This document shows positions 22,626 through 31,944 of a DNA stretch of 32,000 nt, piece by piece. This stretch comes from a virus: the IMG/VR virus record IMGVR_UViG_3300025141_000053, positions 1 to 32,000 of that record; one strand, 5' to 3'. Each line of letters opens with the position of its first letter. Position 1 is the stretch's first letter. Both the position numbers and the translations under genes were made by a program. The notes beneath the pieces are model-generated. The model was not told where the DNA came from, made no database searches, and was given only the letters and a program-made list of their open reading frames with translations.

Positions 22626-23631
22626 AGCCAAAGTCAAAAATTTAATAAAACAAGGTGGATTGTTGACTATTGATTTTGAGTTATCTTCTGGTGGCATGGT
22701 GAATCAGATAAGAAATATTTCTACAGAGTTGACATTATTTCTAAAAGCTCAAACACATAAGTGTACAATATATCCAATTCCAGATGAGGGAGTTGTTAGA
22801 GCAGAAATTTTAATTGGCAAACAAGAAGTAGTTAGATTGTCAGATTTTGGTCTTAAGGCTCCATTGTTTGATGATAAACAAATTCCAATAATATTAGGGA
22901 AAGATGTTCGTGGTCAACCATTAGTTATTGATCTTACAGAAATGCCCCATTTGTTGGTGGCTGGAGCAACAGGATCTGGTAAATCAATGGCGCTTCATAA
23001 TTTTATTATAAATTTCTTAATCAATGAAAATGCCAATGTAAAGGTCGCATTAGTAGATCCAAAGAGAGTTGAATTCTTTAGATATAAAAGAATAAAGAAA
23101 CTTTATGCTATGGCATCTTCTGTCGAAGAATCTATAGATTTATTTGGTTCTTTAATTGATGAAATGGAAAAGAGATTTAAATTATTAGAAAAGAAAAAAT
23201 GCCGCAATCTGGTCGAGTATAATAAAAAATACAAAAAGAAAATTCCATATATTGTTTTAGTTGTTGATGAGATGGCTGACTTGATGGTTGAGGCTAAAAA
23301 AGAAATAGAGCCATTGATATCCAAATTGGCACAAAAATCGAGAGCTTGTGGTATTCATTTGATTATGGCAACACAAAGACCATCAACGAATGTTATTACT
23401 GGTGTAATAAAAGCAAATTTTCCTAGTAGAATTAGTTTTAAAGTTAGTTCAATGGTTGATAGTCGGGTGGTTTTTGATACTAATGGGGCAGAAAAGTTAT
23501 TGGGAAAAGGTGATGGTATGATAAATGCTCCAGAATGTCCTCTTGTTAGATTTCAGGGAACATTTATCCCAATTGATGAATTGGATGATATTATAAAACG
23601 AAGCAAGAAAAACTTTTTCAGGTGGTGGTAA
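22567..23631 (+). CDS. FtsK/SpoIIIE-family DNA translocase ATPase (motor domain only)
   Basis: Walker A is LLVAGATGSGKS and Walker B is YIVLVVDEMADLM. ACGIHLIMATQRPS, VITGVIKANFPSRISFKVSS and GAEKLLGKGDGM are also present. The exact start is uncertain (ATGs at 22567 and 22576, no clear SD). Confidence 0.85.
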   Translation: MRNMKKKEEINKLLRSLGVKAKVKNLIKQGGLLTIDFELSSGGMVNQIRNISTELTLFLKAQTHKCTIYPIPDEGVVRAEILIGKQEVVRLSDFGLKAPLFDDKQIPIILGKDVRGQPLVIDLTEMPHLLVAGATGSGKSMALHNFIINFLINENANVKVALVDPKRVEFFRYKRIKKLYAMASSVEESIDLFGSLIDEMEKRFKLLEKKKCRNLVEYNKKYKKKIPYIVLVVDEMADLMVEAKKEIEPLISKLAQKSRACGIHLIMATQRPSTNVITGVIKANFPSRISFKVSSMVDSRVVFDTNGAEKLLGKGDGMINAPECPLVRFQGTFIPIDELDDIIKRSKKNFFRWW

Positions 23632-23632
23632 T

Positions 23633-24226
23633 ATGTTTGATGTAGTGACTCCAGAAGAATTGTGGAAACTAAAACCACATGTGTTAGAGAAAATTGATTT
23701 TGCTGAATTATTATTAGATTACGGAATAGAAGTATCAGATGATTCATATAATTCATTTAAGCATAAATCTAGATGCCCACTTCCTGGTCATTATGGAAAG
23801 GGAGACAATGGCGAAGACAGAACTCCTTCTTTTTACATATCAGATGAAAAAAAGTTCTATTGTTTTGGCTGCAACAATCATGGAAATGCACTTGATTTTA
23901 TTGGCAAAATGGAAGGTACTCCTGTTGTAGAAGTAATTAGGACATTAGCAAATAAATATGGCATAATTAAAGATGGAACTATTCAGCTAACTTTTGGACT
24001 AAAAGAAGAAAAGAAAAAGAATCCAGCTGTTGATGATATTGTATATGACACATATGTATTAATTAGGAAATATAGAAATAGCCACAATGATAATCAGTGG
24101 GTTGAAAAATTATCTGGGGTTGCAGAAACATTATTTAATAAGTTGGAGTTTCAAAACTGGGAACGAGCTCTTTCTATTAAAAATAGAGTAAAAGAGAAAT
24201 TGGAAGAGCGGAGGAAAAAGATATGA
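23633..24226 (+). CDS. CHC2 zinc-finger protein (DnaG primase N-terminal domain only)
   Basis: CPLPGHYGKGDNGEDRTPSFYISDEKKFYCFGCNNHGNALDFI matches the CP.H.E.TPSF...CFGCG..GD zf-CHC2 pattern. No Toprim motifs in its 197 aa. Confidence 0.7.
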   Translation: MFDVVTPEELWKLKPHVLEKIDFAELLLDYGIEVSDDSYNSFKHKSRCPLPGHYGKGDNGEDRTPSFYISDEKKFYCFGCNNHGNALDFIGKMEGTPVVEVIRTLANKYGIIKDGTIQLTFGLKEEKKKNPAVDDIVYDTYVLIRKYRNSHNDNQWVEKLSGVAETLFNKLEFQNWERALSIKNRVKEKLEERRKKI

Positions 24227-25434
24227 AATTAGTCTGTTTGCTCGGAGATCCTCATTTTGGAGCGAGTTATTCTTTAGGTGGTATTGATACTAAGACACAA
24301 ATTAATAGTAGATTGTTAGATTATAGTAAAACTTTTGATTTTGTTGTAGATCATATTTTAAATAATAAAATACCACATTTAATTATTTTAGGTGATAATT
24401 TTGAACATAGCAGACCTTCTCCGATAGAATTAAGCTTATTGGCGAACAAGCTTAATAGATTATCAAAACATAATGTTACTGTTCATATTTTAGTAGGAAA
24501 TCATGATTTAATACGATCCAACAAAGCAACAACTTTGGATGTTTTCCGACAGTTACAATTGCCAAATATAAATGTATATTCAACAATTTCAAGTACTATA
24601 ATTTCTGATAATAACGGAAATAATTTAAATGTAATATTTATGCCCTATAAATCAAAAAATATGTTAAAATTAAAAACAAATGATGAAGCAGTTAATTATA
24701 TTAGTGAAGGTGTGAATTATGAATTAGAAGAAAATTGTAATAACGAATATCCAACAATTATAGCTGGTCATATGACAATAAAAGGATCGGACATAAGTCA
24801 TCTTATTTTAAGTCATGATATTAGTTCTGAGATTATTTTACCACAAAAAGTTTTTAAAGATGTTGATATGTCATTTTTCGGGCACATTCATTCTTTTAAA
24901 ATTATTAAAGAAAATCCTTATATCGTAAATTTAGGATCAATGGAAAGAAATAATTTTAGTGATATGGGTGTTGATAAGAAAATTTCCATCATTGATGCTG
25001 ATGATGGCAAAATATCTTGTGAATATTTAGATTTACCTACTAGAGAGTTACATGAGATACAAATAGATTGTACTCAGATGCCAGTAGAAAAAACTATGAA
25101 ATTTGTTATGTTGGGACTTAGGAGATATAATAAAGAAAATAGTATAGAAAATGGAATTATAAGAATAAAAATATTTGTGTCTAGTGCAAATTTTAATGAG
25201 ATTGATTTACAAAAAATTAGGAAATATCTTCGTGGAAAGAAGATATCTTATTGTACTGGTATTAACATAATTACTCTCACAATGAAGCAACCGAGAAGAG
25301 CATCTATTACGGAAAAAAGTTCTGATCTAGATGCTTTTAAAGAATATTTAAATTTAATTGTTGATAATAAAGATTTTAGATCACAATTGATGGAAAAGGG
25401 TGAAAGAATAATAATATCAGGTGGTATAAAATGA
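24223..25434 (+). CDS. sbcD: Mre11/SbcD-family nuclease (calcineurin-like phosphoesterase)
   Basis: Phosphoesterase motifs are LLGDPHFG, IILGDNFEH, VGNHD, AGHM and FGHIH. It sits immediately upstream of a Rad50-like gene, with an ATGA overlap. Confidence 0.85.
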   Translation: MKLVCLLGDPHFGASYSLGGIDTKTQINSRLLDYSKTFDFVVDHILNNKIPHLIILGDNFEHSRPSPIELSLLANKLNRLSKHNVTVHILVGNHDLIRSNKATTLDVFRQLQLPNINVYSTISSTIISDNNGNNLNVIFMPYKSKNMLKLKTNDEAVNYISEGVNYELEENCNNEYPTIIAGHMTIKGSDISHLILSHDISSEIILPQKVFKDVDMSFFGHIHSFKIIKENPYIVNLGSMERNNFSDMGVDKKISIIDADDGKISCEYLDLPTRELHEIQIDCTQMPVEKTMKFVMLGLRRYNKENSIENGIIRIKIFVSSANFNEIDLQKIRKYLRGKKISYCTGINIITLTMKQPRRASITEKSSDLDAFKEYLNLIVDNKDFRSQLMEKGERIIISGGIK

Positions 25435-27578
25435 TCCCAATAAAATTAGAACTACAAAATTTCAGATGTTTTAATAATATAACTATAAATTTTAATCCTT
25501 TCAATGTGGCTTTAATCATTGGTGAAGAGTATGGTAATGTTGATATTTCTAATGGTGTTGGAAAAAGTACTTTATTTGAGGGATTAACATGGACATTATA
25601 TAATAAATCAAAATCTCGTACAATTGATAAAGTTATAAAAATAGGAAAAACAATTGTTTCCGGCCAACTTATTTTTGAAAAAGATGGCGAGAAATTTAAA
25701 GTTATACGAAGAATGAGCAGAAAAAATAATGCTTCAGAAGTTTTATTTTTTAAAAAGGTTGGGAAAAGTTGGACAAGAATTTGTGAAGATGGAACGCCAA
25801 GTCTTGTAACAAAAGTTATAGCACAAAACATTGGAGCCCAATATGATACTTTTTTAAATTCTGTATATTTTAAGCAGGATGATATTACTAAATTTGCCGA
25901 TGCGAGTCCTTCGGAAAGAAAAGAAATATTAAAAGAGGCATTACATATTAATATTTGGGACAAATACCAAGCAATAGCAAAGGGTTTTTTAAAAGATTTT
26001 AAGACAAAGAAGATAATATTAGATAAGAGGATTTCGGGATTTCAGGATTTAGATAATGAGGCATTTAGATTAATTCAAGATCAAGAAAATGCTGAAGATA
26101 ATATAGATTTATTTAAAGACAACATTGAGGAGTTAGAAGAAGAATTGGAGGGTTATCGTAAAGAATTAAGTAAATTACACTCACTTGACGCCGAAAATAA
26201 TATTATTCAGTATAAGGCTACTGTTGATAGAAAAAAAGAGATGTTAGGGAAAAGAGATGTTGTTGAAAATAAAATTAAATCAATCGAAGAATCTTATAAA
26301 AATAACAAGAATAAAATAAAAAGAGCAACTAAGGAAAGTTTGTCATTATCTAATAAAATAAAACGAGCCAAAAAAGATGCTTTTGTAATTGCCTCATTTG
26401 CTGGAGAAGATGAGTTAGAAAAACTTATTCAAACTCATACTGAAAAGCTTAATGATGTTAAAGAAAAAATTACAAAGTATAAGTTACAGTTAAAACAACT
26501 TGAGCTTTTACAACCCGGCAAACAATGTCCAACTTGTTTATCAGATTTTGATGAGATTGATGAAGTTGTTACTAAGAGAAAGAATAGAAAAAACTATCTT
26601 GAAAATAAGATATTAGAGTTAGGCGAAGAACAATCTGAAAATGAAACTGAGTTAAGTGGAGCACAATCAGTTAGAACAAAAACAAGAAATACTATAGAAG
26701 ATATTGAAAAGACTGAGTTAATTATTTCAAAATATACAATGGAAGAAGACTTTCTCAAGAAAGACAACGAGAAATTGAAGGCAACTATAAAAAATCTTAA
26801 TGCTCACAAAGAAAGTATTGAGGAAGAATTAACAAAGGTAAGAGAACTTATCAAAGAATATAAAGATTATAAGGATAATGAGGAACAACTTGACAATCTT
26901 AGAGCAAGTGAGGAGTCTGTTGAGGCTAATATATCAGTTTTACGAGAAGATTTATTAGATAATGGAATCGAATTAGGATCTATAAAAGCGAAAATAGAAG
27001 AAAACAATAGGTTGAAGTCTGAAAGAGAAATTCTATTGAGGCAGCAAGAAGATTTAAAAGAGGAAACAAGAATATATAAACATCTTGTTAAATCATTTGG
27101 AAAAGATGGTGTTCCTGCTATTATTGTAGAGAATATTACACAAGAACTAAGACAATTTGCAAATCAGATATTGGAAAAAGTTTGTCACAGGCCAACATCC
27201 ATTGATTTTGTAACTCAAAAGAAAAATGATAATGGTTCTTGGGGAGAAACATTTGAGGTTGTTGTCACATTAGATGGGACAGAATTTGAGTTAAGAGATT
27301 TAAGTGGTGGAGAAAAGATAAGAATTTCTATTGCGATGAGACTAGCGATCAGTCATATTTTAACAAGACGGATGGGAAGTGGAATTAACTTCTTATTGCT
27401 TGATGAGGTCGATCAATCTCTTGATAAACATGGTATAGAGTCTTTATCAAACATGATACATCTATTAAGTGGTTCATATAAAATCCTTATAATTACACAT
27501 AATGACATGATGAAAGAAAAATTTAGTAATATTATTACGGTTCGCAGAAATGGTGATCACAGTACGATATTACAATAA
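25431..27578 (+). CDS. sbcC: Rad50/SbcC-family SMC-like ATPase
   Basis: Walker A is NGVGKSTLFEG. A long coiled-coil carries a central CPTC zinc hook. The signature motif is LSGGEKIRISIAMRLAI and Walker B is FLLLDEVDQSLD. Confidence 0.9.
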   Translation: MIPIKLELQNFRCFNNITINFNPFNVALIIGEEYGNVDISNGVGKSTLFEGLTWTLYNKSKSRTIDKVIKIGKTIVSGQLIFEKDGEKFKVIRRMSRKNNASEVLFFKKVGKSWTRICEDGTPSLVTKVIAQNIGAQYDTFLNSVYFKQDDITKFADASPSERKEILKEALHINIWDKYQAIAKGFLKDFKTKKIILDKRISGFQDLDNEAFRLIQDQENAEDNIDLFKDNIEELEEELEGYRKELSKLHSLDAENNIIQYKATVDRKKEMLGKRDVVENKIKSIEESYKNNKNKIKRATKESLSLSNKIKRAKKDAFVIASFAGEDELEKLIQTHTEKLNDVKEKITKYKLQLKQLELLQPGKQCPTCLSDFDEIDEVVTKRKNRKNYLENKILELGEEQSENETELSGAQSVRTKTRNTIEDIEKTELIISKYTMEEDFLKKDNEKLKATIKNLNAHKESIEEELTKVRELIKEYKDYKDNEEQLDNLRASEESVEANISVLREDLLDNGIELGSIKAKIEENNRLKSEREILLRQQEDLKEETRIYKHLVKSFGKDGVPAIIVENITQELRQFANQILEKVCHRPTSIDFVTQKKNDNGSWGETFEVVVTLDGTEFELRDLSGGEKIRISIAMRLAISHILTRRMGSGINFLLLDEVDQSLDKHGIESLSNMIHLLSGSYKILIITHNDMMKEKFSNIITVRRNGDHSTILQ

Positions 27579-27612
27579 ACCTATTAATTTATTTACATAT
27601 TAGGAGAATCGA

Positions 27613-28128
27613 ATGATTGTTGGTCTGATAGGATCTCCTCGTGTCGGAAAAGATGAGGTTGCTAACTTCTTAGTCAAATACTATAATTTTAAAAAAATAG
27701 CATTTGCTGACCAAATTAAACAAGAATATTTTGCTTATTCAAAAACAGATGAAAGAGAATTTGAAAAATTAAAAAAATTAGGCACATGTGGTGAAGTTCG
27801 TAAAGAATTGTGGAATTATAGTAAGATGCTTAAAGATAAAAATGGTAAAGATTATTTTATCAAATCTGTTTTTAATAAAATAAACAAAGATGATAGTTGG
27901 GTAATAACAGATATAAGAACAAAGCTTGAATTAAAATATGTTTTGGATAATAATGTTACAATATTCGTTGTTAGAAAAACAAATTTAATTAATAATATTT
28001 GTGAGTCTGAGTTATCTATTGACAACATAAAAGAATTTGATACTATTATTAATAATCAAACTCTTGGTAAATTAGAAGAAAAATTAAGAATTTTCTTCGG
28101 GGAAAAAATTTATGAAATTGAAAGATAG
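27613..28128 (+). CDS. P-loop kinase, deoxynucleoside-monophosphate kinase-like (tentative)
   Basis: The N-terminus MIVGLIGSPRVGKDEVANFL is a GxxxxGKD P-loop as found in phage dNMP kinases. 171 aa. SD AGGAGAA. Confidence 0.5.
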   Translation: MIVGLIGSPRVGKDEVANFLVKYYNFKKIAFADQIKQEYFAYSKTDEREFEKLKKLGTCGEVRKELWNYSKMLKDKNGKDYFIKSVFNKINKDDSWVITDIRTKLELKYVLDNNVTIFVVRKTNLINNICESELSIDNIKEFDTIINNQTLGKLEEKLRIFFGEKIYEIER

Positions 28129-28148
28129 ATAAATTTTGGGTTTTGTAA

Positions 28149-28394
28149 TTGAAACCCAAATGGGAGTTTTCAACGTATAAAGAATTTTCTGGTATTAATT
28201 GGATTGATGCTTTAAATAAAGCATTAGAATTTTGGAAAGAAAACTTGGCACATACTAGAATGATAGATTTTATAAAGTTTTGTAGTAAATGCCGGGAAGG
28301 AGATATTTATTATATATTATATAATGATAAGAAAGGTATAGATGAACAAAAAAGAAATAAAGAAAGATTTAGAAAATACTTTGGGTCTAATTAA
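28149..28394 (+). CDS. Small hypothetical protein
   Basis: 81-aa ORF. Its only early start is a TTG inside the loop of hairpin 28135-28160. No SD, so the start is uncertain. Confidence 0.4.
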   Translation: MKPKWEFSTYKEFSGINWIDALNKALEFWKENLAHTRMIDFIKFCSKCREGDIYYILYNDKKGIDEQKRNKERFRKYFGSN

Positions 28395-28641
28395 TAAGTT
28401 TGATTATGATTTGGTATATTCCAAACTTTCTTCAGATTTTGAATTACGAATGAAGAAAAGTGACAATACTGATGAATATTTAATGTATTTAGCAAAAAAG
28501 ATGTTAGAATTTGCGAGAAAAGACGATCCTAGTAAGAACTTATTTCTTAAAGGGCATAAAATTTTAAGAAGGTTGGCACATAAAATATATAGAGATTATA
28601 ATGATGGAAGAAGCAAGGAAGGATTTCTTACATTAATTTAG
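28342..28641 (+). CDS. Small hypothetical protein
   Basis: 99-aa ORF that overlaps the previous ORF by 53 nt. Start uncertain. Confidence 0.45.
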   Translation: MNKKEIKKDLENTLGLINKFDYDLVYSKLSSDFELRMKKSDNTDEYLMYLAKKMLEFARKDDPSKNLFLKGHKILRRLAHKIYRDYNDGRSKEGFLTLI

Positions 28642-28649
28642 GGTGAAGA

Positions 28650-29552
28650 ATGGCAGTTTTATCAATTACACTTACAGGTTCAACACGGCAACTTATTTCT
28701 GGGATTCCCCAGCTTGTTAGTATTTCAACAAGTATACCTTCTTTAATATTTTATACTTTAGATGGAACGTTACCAACCACATCATCATCTGTATATACGG
28801 CAACAATAGAAATGCCTGGGGAAATTGGTGTTAGATTAAGAGTGTTAGCTAAAAGTGGAGCATTAACTGCATATTCTGATGTAACTTACTCCACAGACGC
28901 AACATCGTTGACGGCAGGAAGAAGAGTTAGCATTACTGGACTTGGTATTTTAGTAGACGGATTTTCTGAGCCCGACTTACTGGCTGATGGATATGGCTTA
29001 GATGCTAATAATGCAACCACTGTGCCACTTAGAGAATATGATAAAGAGTTAGTCAATTATGATATAAAATATTCGAGAACTGGAGTTGGTGGCGAAGGTG
29101 AGGGAACATTAATATCAATAGGATATCCTGATCCTGATGTTTTAGAGCGACAATATTCTGCCGTAGAGGAATCTCCCAGTTCTCCAAACAATGATAATAT
29201 AAATTTTAATCCACGTTCATTATATGTTTTTATAGATGGAAGAGATGGTTATTCTGATCAATCTGTTCTTATAATAAACAGACCATATGGAAGCACAATG
29301 GATTTGACAAAATATTATAATGGTGCATCTATGTATGCACAACATCCTTATATCTCTGGTGGGTTATTAAGGCCAATTTATGACACACAAAAAGGAACTG
29401 CTTACTTTCCATATTGGGATAGTAATGAGTTAAGATGGGTTATAAGTTATCAGAGGTTTGACACAACAAACCTTCAGAACATGGGTGTACGAGCTCAATC
29501 AGGCCCGCCACTAGTGTTTAAATGGATTCATGGAAAGAGAAGTAGCATATAA
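28650..29552 (+). CDS. Hypothetical protein with N-terminal chitobiase/hexosaminidase-C-like (FYTLDGTxPT) beta domain; possible virion or surface protein
   Basis: IFYTLDGTLPTTSSSVYTATIEMPG resembles the (I/Y)YYTLDGS.PT..S..Y PF13290-type motif. The protein is Gly/Ser/Thr/Tyr-rich and Lys-poor compared with its neighbours. Confidence 0.55.
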   Translation: MAVLSITLTGSTRQLISGIPQLVSISTSIPSLIFYTLDGTLPTTSSSVYTATIEMPGEIGVRLRVLAKSGALTAYSDVTYSTDATSLTAGRRVSITGLGILVDGFSEPDLLADGYGLDANNATTVPLREYDKELVNYDIKYSRTGVGGEGEGTLISIGYPDPDVLERQYSAVEESPSSPNNDNINFNPRSLYVFIDGRDGYSDQSVLIINRPYGSTMDLTKYYNGASMYAQHPYISGGLLRPIYDTQKGTAYFPYWDSNELRWVISYQRFDTTNLQNMGVRAQSGPPLVFKWIHGKRSSI

Positions 29553-29561
29553 AGGAAAAAA

Positions 29562-30383
29562 ATGAGAAAGAAAGATAAGAGAGACCCGAATAAGTTATAT
29601 TTATCGCCATCAAGTGTGAAAACATATGAGCAATGTCCTAGAAAGTATTACTATAATTATATTAAGAAACTTCCAAAGAAAGATTTTACTCACCTGCATC
29701 TTGGCACATTTTGCCATGATATCTTAGAACAATTTCATATAGCATTACCACAGACAAATTTAAAATGTAGTCATGAGGATGGTAATTCTTGCGAAAAATT
29801 TGATAAAGATGGTAAATGTGTACATATTTACCGAAAACTAATGAACAAGATTTTTCCAGAGAGAAAGAAGATATTAGCAGAAAAAGAAAATATAATTTTA
29901 CAAAAAGAACAATTAATGGATGCTCAGAAGATGGTTAAAAATTATATTGATAATTTAGATATTGAGACCGTTAATGGTGTTCTATATAATGAGCGTAGAT
30001 TTATGTTTCCATTAACTGACAAATATATGGCAAATGGAATTATGGATCGCATTGATATGAGAGATGGAGTTTACTATTTAGTTGATTATAAAACCAATAA
30101 AAATGCTAAATACATGGAGCCATTTCAGTTATATGTTTATGGTTTGGCATTAGATACATATGATGATATTGATGGTGACACAAGTACCATTCATGCTTTA
30201 TATAAGATGTTAAGACTTGACAGAGAGTTGTCATATAAGGTTACACAATATGAAAAAGATGAATGTAAAAGAAAACTTATAGAATATGGAGATAAAATAA
30301 CTGAAGACCAGAAATGGATCATGAAAGCTGGTCCACTTTGTAACTGGTGTGATTTTAAAGAGATATGCTTTGGCGAGTGGTAG
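29562..30383 (+). CDS. PD-(D/E)XK nuclease, Cas4/RecB-like with 4-Cys cluster
   Basis: The N-terminus is LSPSSVKTYEQCPRKYYYNYI. The core is DRIDMRDGVYYLVDYKT. The C-terminus CNWCDFKEIC, together with the N-terminal Cys, gives the C...CxxCx5C arrangement of Cas4/AddB-type Fe-S nucleases. Confidence 0.75.
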   Translation: MRKKDKRDPNKLYLSPSSVKTYEQCPRKYYYNYIKKLPKKDFTHLHLGTFCHDILEQFHIALPQTNLKCSHEDGNSCEKFDKDGKCVHIYRKLMNKIFPERKKILAEKENIILQKEQLMDAQKMVKNYIDNLDIETVNGVLYNERRFMFPLTDKYMANGIMDRIDMRDGVYYLVDYKTNKNAKYMEPFQLYVYGLALDTYDDIDGDTSTIHALYKMLRLDRELSYKVTQYEKDECKRKLIEYGDKITEDQKWIMKAGPLCNWCDFKEICFGEW

Positions 30384-30389
30384 GAAATA

Positions 30390-31937
30390 TTGGAAAATAT
30401 AAAAGCAGTAGAACAAGAATTAAAAACTGAGACAGTTGCAGATCTCAGAAAAAAAGAAATAATATCTTTTTTAGCATTAAAAATTGGAGTAAGTGTTTAT
30501 AGAAAATATTTTTATAGTCGTTTTTCCAGCATAGAAAATGGAGATATTGGAAATGGTTGGGAAATAGAGAAGAAGATAGAAAAGATTTTGGATACATATA
30601 TAGAAAGAAAACCAGATGCTTCACTATCTTCATATATGTATATTTCCTTAAAAAGATACGTGTTTAAAGAATTTATTTTAAAATCTCACGCTTATATAAA
30701 AACTGAAAAAGGAATATTAAAATGTCCTGTTTGCAGATATGATGAGTATTTAGAATTGGTCAATCCCTATCTTCGTATTTACAAATGCTCTCATTGTGAA
30801 GACATTGTTAATTCAGAAATGGTAAAAAGGGGAACGGACGATTTTTACAAACATAAGACATTTAGTTTTTTCACAGAAGATGGTGTTGAATGTGTTGGTT
30901 GTAAGAAGAATATTCCTATAAGTTCATTAAACATAAAGGAATCATGGATTGACACAGATTGGGCACAATTAATTTTTAATGGTATAGAGGAAGAAATTCT
31001 ACCAGATGAATTAATAATGGCAGATTTAAAATGTCCTTATTGTTTTGATATTTTCAAATTAAAAGATTCTAAGCAAAAAAGTTTAGCAACAAGCAAACGT
31101 TATAGAAAATTCTCACATGTTCCAATTAGTAATAATGTTATATTAAATGGAAATATGGCAATATCTCCTTTTAAGAATATTGATGCCATCAAAAAGTCAA
31201 ATATATTAATTGAAGAATTAGTAATAAAATTAGCACATCTTGAATCAAATAGTTTTAACAAATGTTTAAAAAAGTATTTATACTTGTCACAAATTTATTG
31301 GATTAAAAAATATTGGAATTATGCTGCGGATTATTTTTATAATAAGGCAGATATTTTAGGAATAGACATACACAAGACAATGTTTGATATGTGGCTAAGT
31401 TTAATAAGTATGAATTTTAATGAACTAAAACAATTTAAAAATATAAACAATTTAGAAGATCTTAAGTGGTTTTGTAGGGAGCCAAATTTTAGCAATGGTC
31501 CTATTGATACTTTTGTTACAGAAGTAACAGAAAATAATAGGATAAAGAATAATACAAACATAGTTGATTTAAAATCTGCCAAGTGGAATATTCGAATGGC
31601 AAAGATTTTAGAAATAAATAAAATACAAAACGAAGAAAGTTTTTCAATAAATTTAGAAGAAAGTTCCTTGACAATTACGTGGCAAGACATAATTTTAAGT
31701 CAGGAGAAAGAAATAAATCCCGGAGACATTGTTTCAGTTAGGGCAATGATGATGCCAGGACATCCATCTCATGCTCCAATAAGAGCGTTGCTTAGAGTGA
31801 GATCAGATGTTTTATCTAACATAATTTCTAGAGTTAGAGATGAGGAAAATTCGCGCAGAGATATAGATTTTTGGAAGTTTAGAGAGACGCGAGTAAAAAC
31901 AGCAAGAAACAATACTAAAATAGACACAAAAGTTTGA
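30390..31937 (+). CDS. Large hypothetical protein with several zinc-ribbon CxxC pairs
   Basis: 515-aa ORF with a TTG start. Cys pairs are CPVCRYDE...CSHCED, CVGCKK and CPYCFD. The N-terminal approximately 100 aa loosely resemble sigma-70 region 2 (very tentative). Confidence 0.6.
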   Translation: MENIKAVEQELKTETVADLRKKEIISFLALKIGVSVYRKYFYSRFSSIENGDIGNGWEIEKKIEKILDTYIERKPDASLSSYMYISLKRYVFKEFILKSHAYIKTEKGILKCPVCRYDEYLELVNPYLRIYKCSHCEDIVNSEMVKRGTDDFYKHKTFSFFTEDGVECVGCKKNIPISSLNIKESWIDTDWAQLIFNGIEEEILPDELIMADLKCPYCFDIFKLKDSKQKSLATSKRYRKFSHVPISNNVILNGNMAISPFKNIDAIKKSNILIEELVIKLAHLESNSFNKCLKKYLYLSQIYWIKKYWNYAADYFYNKADILGIDIHKTMFDMWLSLISMNFNELKQFKNINNLEDLKWFCREPNFSNGPIDTFVTEVTENNRIKNNTNIVDLKSAKWNIRMAKILEINKIQNEESFSINLEESSLTITWQDIILSQEKEINPGDIVSVRAMMMPGHPSHAPIRALLRVRSDVLSNIISRVRDEENSRRDIDFWKFRETRVKTARNNTKIDTKV

Positions 31938-31944
31938 GGTAGAA

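Noticed and set aside
25376-25963. 195-aa minus-strand ORF, the longest antisense ORF in the track.
   Set aside because: It is fully antisense to the N-terminal ATPase head of the Rad50/SbcC gene, whose Walker A region is unambiguous. The composition is typical of a shadow ORF.
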